64,000 nucleotides of DNA from positions 1,536,001-1,600,000 of the forward strand of contig CBDCXV010000001.1 in NCBI GenBank assembly GCA_965223905.1. Reading direction: 5' to 3'. The DNA comes from Candidatus Latescibacterota bacterium (lineage in GTDB: Bacteria > Latescibacterota > UBA2968 > UBA8231). The translations under genes and the position numbers were made by a program. Below, piece by piece: positions 57,951-64,000 of the stretch (position 1 is its first letter; every line of letters begins with the position of its first letter). The notes below the pieces were generated by a model that was given only the letters and a program-made list of their open reading frames with translations, was not told the origin of the DNA and did not search any database.

Positions 57951-58970
57951 ATGAACCCTGAAATACCTCACACCGTCGCAACCGACCCGGGCATCGCCTG
58001 GACAAAGGACGAGGCGGTCGCCATCGACGCCCCTCCGGACAACGACACAGACCCCGCTCCCGAGGCGCGCTGGCCTCCCGCAGCCGTCCGCACCGGGTTG
58101 TGCGGGGCCGTGTCGCCCAACGTGGTCCCTCTTCCCGGGGGCGGCTACCGCATGTACTACACCCAGTTAACCCCGCGGCCCGGGTACCCTGCCGGCGCAA
58201 ACGACTACGACAACTGCACCGCGCGGATTCTCAGCGCCGTCTCCGCGGACGGGTCTTCCTGGACCCCGGAGCCTGGGGTGCGCCTTTCACCGAGGGACGG
58301 CGGGGCAGGGGAGTTCCGCGTCGTCAGCTCGGACGTCGTTCCGATCCCCGGGGGCGGCGGCAGGCTGCGGATGTATTTCGAGTGTTGCCCGGGGACCCAG
58401 GAGGGCGGCAGCACCATTCGCAGCGCCGTCTCCGACGACGGCCTCGACTGGAAGCTGGAACCCGGCGAGCGCCTGGAGTCCGGCAGCTTCAACTCCCCCC
58501 GCCTGCTCCACCTCGACGGCGGCACCTGCCGGCTCTACTGCAGCGACCGCTCAGGCGGCATCGCCAGCGCCCTCTCCGGCGACGGCGGCCTCACCTTCCG
58601 CATGGAACCGGGCAAGCGGATCGAGCAGGAGCTGCCGTACGAAGCGGCCACCGCGTTCGCCCCGGAGGTCCTGCGCATCGACAGCGGAGGCTACCGCATG
58701 TACTACGCCGGGTACAGCGACCGGACCCGGGCTTACGTCCTGACCGCGGCGTCGGAAGACGGCCTGGAATGGACCAAGGAGCCGGAGCCGGTCGTCGCCC
58801 CGGGCAGCCCGCTGGACCGCGCCAAGTGCTCGGAGATGTGCGTCGCTCAGCTGCCGGGGGTTGCCGGCGAGCCTCCGCGCTACCGCCTGTTCTACGAGGC
58901 CTGCGACGGCACCGCCCCTGAGGACCGGGGCGTCTGGCGTATCCTCAGCGCCACTTCCGCAATCGCCTGA
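57951..58970 (+). CDS. Beta-propeller glycosidase-like protein with Asp-box-like repeats
   Basis: Repeated YRMYY...SAxSxDGxxW..EPG units. Confidence 0.65.
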   Translation: MNPEIPHTVATDPGIAWTKDEAVAIDAPPDNDTDPAPEARWPPAAVRTGLCGAVSPNVVPLPGGGYRMYYTQLTPRPGYPAGANDYDNCTARILSAVSADGSSWTPEPGVRLSPRDGGAGEFRVVSSDVVPIPGGGGRLRMYFECCPGTQEGGSTIRSAVSDDGLDWKLEPGERLESGSFNSPRLLHLDGGTCRLYCSDRSGGIASALSGDGGLTFRMEPGKRIEQELPYEAATAFAPEVLRIDSGGYRMYYAGYSDRTRAYVLTAASEDGLEWTKEPEPVVAPGSPLDRAKCSEMCVAQLPGVAGEPPRYRLFYEACDGTAPEDRGVWRILSATSAIA

Positions 58971-59258
58971 GGGGGCCCCTCCCGAGCTGCCGGGATTCCC
59001 GAGGCCGTCCGCGCCAGAAGGGAGGCGAGCCGAGCTGGTGAGAGTCCGAACCCGTGGCCGCCCGCCCGACCCGGTCTGAGGGGATGCCAGGAACTGCGGG
59101 ATTCCCCGTGCCTTTCGACCCGACCAGCCCCGGCCTCAGGACCGGGTTCAGCAATCACGACCGCAGCTGATTTACCCGCCGACCCGCCCGGGAACGCCGC
59201 CCGCCAACCAGGCCTGAAACGGGCCCCCAGACCCGGCCCGCAGAACCGCCCCCCATCC

Positions 59259-60359
59259 TCAAGACCACGCCTGCCGAAAAAAGCGCAGCGCGTTCCCGTG
59301 CAGGATGCCCTCGACCTCCGCGCCCCCGATCCCGGCCTCGCCCAGCACCCCGGAAAACCCCTGCAGGTCGGCGATGGTGTCGATCCCGATCGGGGTCAGC
59401 TCGGCGCCGAAGCCCCCGTCCATGTCGGTGCCGATGGCGACGTTGGCGAGCGAGCCCCCGGCCAGCTCCGAGATCCTCTCGATATGGGGCAGCAACCCCT
59501 CCATCCCGTACTTCGCCTCCCGCGGCACCTCGAACAGCTCCTCGGTCCATTCGAACTCCGGGTTCATGAAGTACTGGCAGAACACCAGCCCGATGATCCC
59601 GCCGCGCCTTGCCAACTCGGCGATCATGTCGTCGGTGAGGTGCCGCTGCCCGGGAACGACGGCGCGGCTGACGCAGTGGGATGCCATCACCGGGCCGTCC
59701 CAGAGGTCGAACGACTCCCACACCGCCCGGTCGGCCATGTGGGTGATGTCGAGGATGATCCCCGCCTCGCGCATCGCCCGGAACAGCTCCGCCGCCGGCG
59801 GCTTCAGCCCGCCCTCGGTGAAGGTCCCGTGGATGTAGGTATTGTGCCCGAAGTGGGCGGGCCCGACGACGCGCAGCCCGGCGTCCCACCAGAAGCCGAC
59901 GTCCTCCGGGCCGGCGATCGGGTCGGCGCTCTCCATCGACAGGATGTGGTACACCGGGGTGCCGGGCGCCGGGTTTTTCCAAGCCTCGACCGCGGCTTCG
60001 AGATCGCCGAGCGAGGTCACCGGGGCGATCTCCCCTCGGCGCGCCATGGCCCGGTAGTACTCGAGATGGCCGCGGCCCATGGCGATCGCCTGCTCCTGGG
60101 TGCGCATGCCGTCGCGGCGCTTGCGGTAGCGCGGCTCGGTGCGCGACATGATGGTGCTGAGCATGATGCCGACCGAGCCCCGCCGCATCTCGGGAAAGGT
60201 CACCGTGCAGGAACCGGTGTCGTAGTCGTCGGCGACCTGCGGGATCTCGCTCCTCTCCTGCTCGCGGACCTCGTGCGCCGTCAGGGTCAGGTCGCGGTTC
60301 CAGAAGAGGGCGTCCCACGCCAGGTCGAGATGCAGGTCGATGATCAGTGGTTGTGACAT
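59259..60359 (-). CDS. Membrane dipeptidase (peptidase M19) family
   Basis: IDLHLD, SMESAD, DITHM, ASH and IGTDMDGG motifs; GGAGGG RBS. Confidence 0.9.
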   Translation of the reverse strand: MSQPLIIDLHLDLAWDALFWNRDLTLTAHEVREQERSEIPQVADDYDTGSCTVTFPEMRRGSVGIMLSTIMSRTEPRYRKRRDGMRTQEQAIAMGRGHLEYYRAMARRGEIAPVTSLGDLEAAVEAWKNPAPGTPVYHILSMESADPIAGPEDVGFWWDAGLRVVGPAHFGHNTYIHGTFTEGGLKPPAAELFRAMREAGIILDITHMADRAVWESFDLWDGPVMASHCVSRAVVPGQRHLTDDMIAELARRGGIIGLVFCQYFMNPEFEWTEELFEVPREAKYGMEGLLPHIERISELAGGSLANVAIGTDMDGGFGAELTPIGIDTIADLQGFSGVLGEAGIGGAEVEGILHGNALRFFRQAWS

Positions 60360-60499
60360 GCGCTGCCCTCCGTTAGTATGTGCGCTCCGCCAGTTGGAGC
60401 CGGCAATATATGAAGTCCCGCGAACCGGGCGCTTCTTCCGCTCGAGCCGCCATTTCCTCCTGACAGGACCCTCGCAATCCGCAGCGGAAAGTTCCCCCC

Positions 60500-60808
60500 G
60501 TGAACCCAAGGTACCAGATCGTCATCTACTGGAGCGACAACGACCGCAGCTTCGTCGCCGAAGTGCCGGAGCTCGACGGCCTCGAGGTCCTCGGGGAGAG
60601 CTACGAGGAGGCGCTCGCAAAGGCCAGGACCGCGATGGCGGAATGGATCGACAGGGCCCGCGCCGACGGAGAGGAAATCCCCGAGCCGCTGGGCCGCGTC
60701 GAGGTCGCCCCGAAGACCGGCCGCGCCGGCCGGCGGCAGGAGCGCATCGACAAGCGCCGCCGCCGAAGGGAGAAGGGGCGCCGGGAGCGGCGCGACGCCG
60801 CGGAGTAG
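60500..60808 (+). CDS. hicB: Orphan HicB family antitoxin with Arg-rich tail
   Basis: YQIVIYWS..D.SFVAEVPEL.G...GESYEEAL...GEEIPEP motif. Confidence 0.8.
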   Translation: MNPRYQIVIYWSDNDRSFVAEVPELDGLEVLGESYEEALAKARTAMAEWIDRARADGEEIPEPLGRVEVAPKTGRAGRRQERIDKRRRRREKGRRERRDAAE

Positions 60809-61161
60809 TGCCTGTCCGCACACATTCTGCGCGAATCCGGCTCGCCGATACAGTCCGTCCCGCGGCGATGCTTTCGCTCGCGGTCACAGTACGGCTCGGG
60901 CGCCTTGCCGGCCGGAGGCATCGGCAAAAGGACGCAGTTTGTCCTCGCCCTCGTCCGTACGCTTGCCGGCGCGCAGCAGGCTTGGACCCGGTTGAAGGCT
61001 CCCCGGCGCCGGGAGCGGCGCGAACGCAACGGGCAAGGAATGCTGCCTCCCCGCGCAGGCACCAGGTTGAATGCTGCACTGCCCCGGGGCCTCGCGGCTT
61101 CGCCGCAGTGTCGCTGCCGAGGGCCCATGAATTCCCAAGTCAATAACCGAAGGAGACCGCC

Positions 61162-62076
61162 ATGGCCAGCAGGCCGATCCAGATTCTCATCGTAGCCGCC
61201 CACCCGGCCGACAGCTTCGACCAGGCCGGAGGCACCGCCGCCCACCACGTCGCCCAGGGAGACAGGGTGACCGCCCTGGTCGCCACCACCGGGGTGCGCT
61301 CCCACCACTGGCAGCTCGCCGAGGAGAAGCGCCGGAAGGGGGGCGGCCTCGACATCGAGGAGCGCGTACAGGCCGCTGTCGAGGAGAAGCTCGAGGAGAC
61401 GCGCCGCGCCTGCCGCATCCTCGGGTTCGACGACGTGCGCGACCTCGGCTTCGAGGACGACGACATCCTCGTCACCCAGGACAAGGTCGAGGCGATCGCT
61501 TCGGCGATCCGCGAGGTCAGGCCGGACGTCATCATCACCCACCACCCGTACGAGACCGCCGGCCTCAAGATGCACGGCACTATCGGCCAGTGCACGGTCT
61601 ACGCCTCGCAGCTGGCCAGCGGCACCGGCCGCGGCACCGAGCAGCGGCACGTGGTCCCGGCCATCTATTTCATGAACCCGATCGCCTACGTCGGCAGCAA
61701 CAGCCTCGAGTACGCGAGCACCTGCCGCGTCGATCTCTACGTCGACATCAGCGACGTCATCGACCTCAAGGTCCGGGCCCTCGACCAGATCGGCAGCCAG
61801 TACTACGGCGGCCCGTACGCGCGCAAGCGCTCCGAGACCTCGGACGGGGCCTACGGGCAGAAGGCGTCGGTCGCCTACGCCGAGCCTTTCCAGCGCTACA
61901 CGCCGATGGTCCGCTACACCCTGCCGGTGACCGACGCCGAGCTCACCGCCAACGACACCGCCCCCGGGGAGACGATGGGCCGCCGCAGCGAAATCGTCGG
62001 CGGGCTGATGCCCCTGGAAGGCGGGGATGCCTACACCTCGGAGCACCGCTTCAGCAAAGAGCAGTACGATGACTGA
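61162..62076 (+). CDS. PIG-L family deacetylase
   Basis: VAAHPAD..D..GG, IREVRPDVIITHHP, VDISDVIDLK and AEPF motifs; AAGGAG RBS. Confidence 0.85.
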   Translation: MASRPIQILIVAAHPADSFDQAGGTAAHHVAQGDRVTALVATTGVRSHHWQLAEEKRRKGGGLDIEERVQAAVEEKLEETRRACRILGFDDVRDLGFEDDDILVTQDKVEAIASAIREVRPDVIITHHPYETAGLKMHGTIGQCTVYASQLASGTGRGTEQRHVVPAIYFMNPIAYVGSNSLEYASTCRVDLYVDISDVIDLKVRALDQIGSQYYGGPYARKRSETSDGAYGQKASVAYAEPFQRYTPMVRYTLPVTDAELTANDTAPGETMGRRSEIVGGLMPLEGGDAYTSEHRFSKEQYDD

Positions 62077-63508
62077 CACGCCATCGTCGTCCCTGCACTT
62101 CTTCGACGATTGGCGGCTGCGGCTGCGCGAGGGTTTCGACCGCGAGCAGGGGAGCCCCGAGCCGCTGCGCGAGATCCCGCTGGGCACCCGCCCGGAGCTC
62201 AAGATTCTGCGCGGCCTGGTCGGCACCCAGTACGATGAGCGCCGCGAGTGCTGGTTCAGTATCGTCGACTGTCACCCGGCCGACGGCAGCCCGCGGTTCG
62301 CGCTGCGCATGGAAACGGACGACCCCTGCCATTGGGAAGCGCCGGCGTGGTCGGAGGGCGGCGACCCGATCTGGCGCCGCACCGACAGCCTCGTGGTAGA
62401 TCAGTACGACGAGCCGATCGCCTGCTTCAACATCCTGCCGCTGGCCGGCACCCCGCACGAAGAGCGCGGCTATTTCATGAACATGTACCGCTACATCGCC
62501 GCCGACGGCACCCGAACTCCGGGCGCCGTCGCCTTCTCGCAGGATGGGTTCCGATTCGAAGTCGACGTGAACACCCGGTGGATCGACTATCTGAGCGACA
62601 CCGGAAATCCCACGATCTACGACCCCGTCATCGGCCAGTACCGCATCTACTGCCGGCCCCATTTCGTCGATCGGCGCGCCGCCATGCTGCTTTCACCGGA
62701 CCTGAACAGCTTTGGCGAGCCGACCGTCATCCTGCAGCCGGACGCATCGGACCCGCCAAACCGCGAGTTCTACGGCATCGAGCCGATACCCCTCGACGAC
62801 ATGTACGTTGCCCACCTGGCTGTTTACGATACCGAGCCTTCCGAAATCGAGTCGCCGGGCAAGATGCAGGGCACCACCCAGACCGAGCTCGCCTACAGTT
62901 ACAACGGCCAGAACTGGTACCGCGCCCGCCGCGAGCCGTTCCTGGCGCGCACCGGGGCGGGCAGCTTCTTCGGAGGCTCGGTCTATCCCTCCGCGCCGAT
63001 GCGCACGGCAGACGACCGCCTGCTTTTTCACTGTATGGGTCAGGGCGTTGAGCACGGCGCCCACGACGAAGAGATCCCGGAAGAGCGCCGCACCAAAGCG
63101 ACTGCCTGGAAGACGTTTCAGTACGAGATGCGCCTCGACGGTTGGAACTACCTGAGGACGCGGGCGAGGTACGGACGCATCCAGACGAAGGCCTTGATAC
63201 CCGCAGGCGGTCGGTTGATCGCCAATGTCCGCACCGCGCCCACCGGTGAGGCAAGGGCGGCGTTGCTCGACTACCGGACGCTGGAGCCGCTGCCCCACTA
63301 TACCCTGGACGAATGCGTGCCGATCAACGGCGACGCGGTGGCCGGGGTGGTGCGCTGGCAGGAACGGGAGGATCTCGAGGAGCTGAAGGACCGGCCCGTA
63401 ATACTGGAGGTGCAAGTGCGCGAGGGGGAGCTGTACTCGCTCCGCTTCGACTACCGCATGGCGGAGTTTACGTATACCGCTGAAGGGCCGGCGCTGCTGG
63501 AGAAATAG
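62069..63508 (+). CDS. Hypothetical glycosidase-like beta-propeller protein
   Basis: Overlaps the PIG-L stop; AFSQDG, YDP...YRIYCR, AYSYNG.NW and MRLDG motifs. Confidence 0.6.
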   Translation: MTDTPSSSLHFFDDWRLRLREGFDREQGSPEPLREIPLGTRPELKILRGLVGTQYDERRECWFSIVDCHPADGSPRFALRMETDDPCHWEAPAWSEGGDPIWRRTDSLVVDQYDEPIACFNILPLAGTPHEERGYFMNMYRYIAADGTRTPGAVAFSQDGFRFEVDVNTRWIDYLSDTGNPTIYDPVIGQYRIYCRPHFVDRRAAMLLSPDLNSFGEPTVILQPDASDPPNREFYGIEPIPLDDMYVAHLAVYDTEPSEIESPGKMQGTTQTELAYSYNGQNWYRARREPFLARTGAGSFFGGSVYPSAPMRTADDRLLFHCMGQGVEHGAHDEEIPEERRTKATAWKTFQYEMRLDGWNYLRTRARYGRIQTKALIPAGGRLIANVRTAPTGEARAALLDYRTLEPLPHYTLDECVPINGDAVAGVVRWQEREDLEELKDRPVILEVQVREGELYSLRFDYRMAEFTYTAEGPALLEK

Positions 63509-63517
63509 CAGCGCCGG

Positions 63518-64000
63518 CTATGCGATCAGCCCCTTGAGATATCGAACCGCGTCCGCGGTGCTCTGCGGCCCCAGGTGCTCGGGGACGATCACCCCGTCGT
63601 ACTGGTTCTCCACCAGGGCGCGCACGCAGCGGGCCATGTCGACGTCGCCGCTTTCCAACGGCACCTCGTCGTGGTCCATCAGCCCCGGGCCGGTTCTGAC
63701 CTGGTTGCGGGCGTGGGCGAAGAAGATCCGGTCCATGCCCCAGGTCTCGGCCGGGGTGTGCGGCTCCTCGCCGATCAGCCACATCCCCTGGCAGTAGGTC
63801 ACCCCGTTGTTGGGACTGGGCGCCGCCTCCCAGATCGAGTGCACGACGTCGACCGCCCACAGGTGATTCCCCAGCCTGAGGCCGGCCTCGTCCGCGGCGG
63901 CGACCACCTCCCTGAAGAAGCCGATCACGGCCCCCCAGTCCTCGTCTCCCGGCATCACCATCAGGGGCCGGCCCTCGTGGTATTCGTTGAAGTGCAGGAA
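63518..64000 (-). CDS. Xylose-isomerase-like TIM barrel (mannonate dehydratase-like), 5'-truncated by the window
   Basis: Frame is open to the window end; IFFAHARN, GDVDM and YDGVIVPEH motifs. Confidence 0.65.
   Translation of the reverse strand, partial: FLHFNEYHEGRPLMVMPGDEDWGAVIGFFREVVAAADEAGLRLGNHLWAVDVVHSIWEAAPSPNNGVTYCQGMWLIGEEPHTPAETWGMDRIFFAHARNQVRTGPGLMDHDEVPLESGDVDMARCVRALVENQYDGVIVPEHLGPQSTADAVRYLKGLIA

Overview
High-GC bacterial chromosomal window with no rRNA, tRNA or CRISPR array seen. The gene content (secreted proteins ending in an NxPNPFN-type FlgD-Ig/T9SS-like domain, WD40 and CRTAC1 proteins, GPP34, PhyH, many sugar-acid catabolic enzymes) suggests an FCB-group lineage such as Latescibacterota or Gemmatimonadota, possibly host-associated; this is inference. 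Positions 1-35250 and 57900-64000 are mostly carbohydrate or small-molecule catabolic and secreted-protein genes. This backbone is interrupted by (i) a 2.8-kb cassette encoding a UvrD helicase fused in frame to a DUF433 antitoxin plus a DUF5615 PIN toxin, bracketed by a 175-bp imperfect direct repeat, and (ii) a decayed IS1380 element next to a WD40 gene and a hicA-remnant/hicB pair. Positions 35315-57726 (minus strand) are a complete type 1 BREX locus (brxA-brxB-brxC-pglX-pglZ-brxL) with two cargo blocks flanking pglX: ABC-ATPase/TOPRIM pairs, an AAA-PD(D/E)XK protein, Schlafen/AlbA-HATPase paralogues, KTSC and YgiT. PglX has an AT-rich target-recognition segment. Two observations stand out. 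One is the helicase-antitoxin/PIN module. The other is a recurring signature in which cargo is followed by a diverged duplicate of the 3' end of the preceding gene, with no integrase in the window. Family names come from motif recognition by eye, not database searches.
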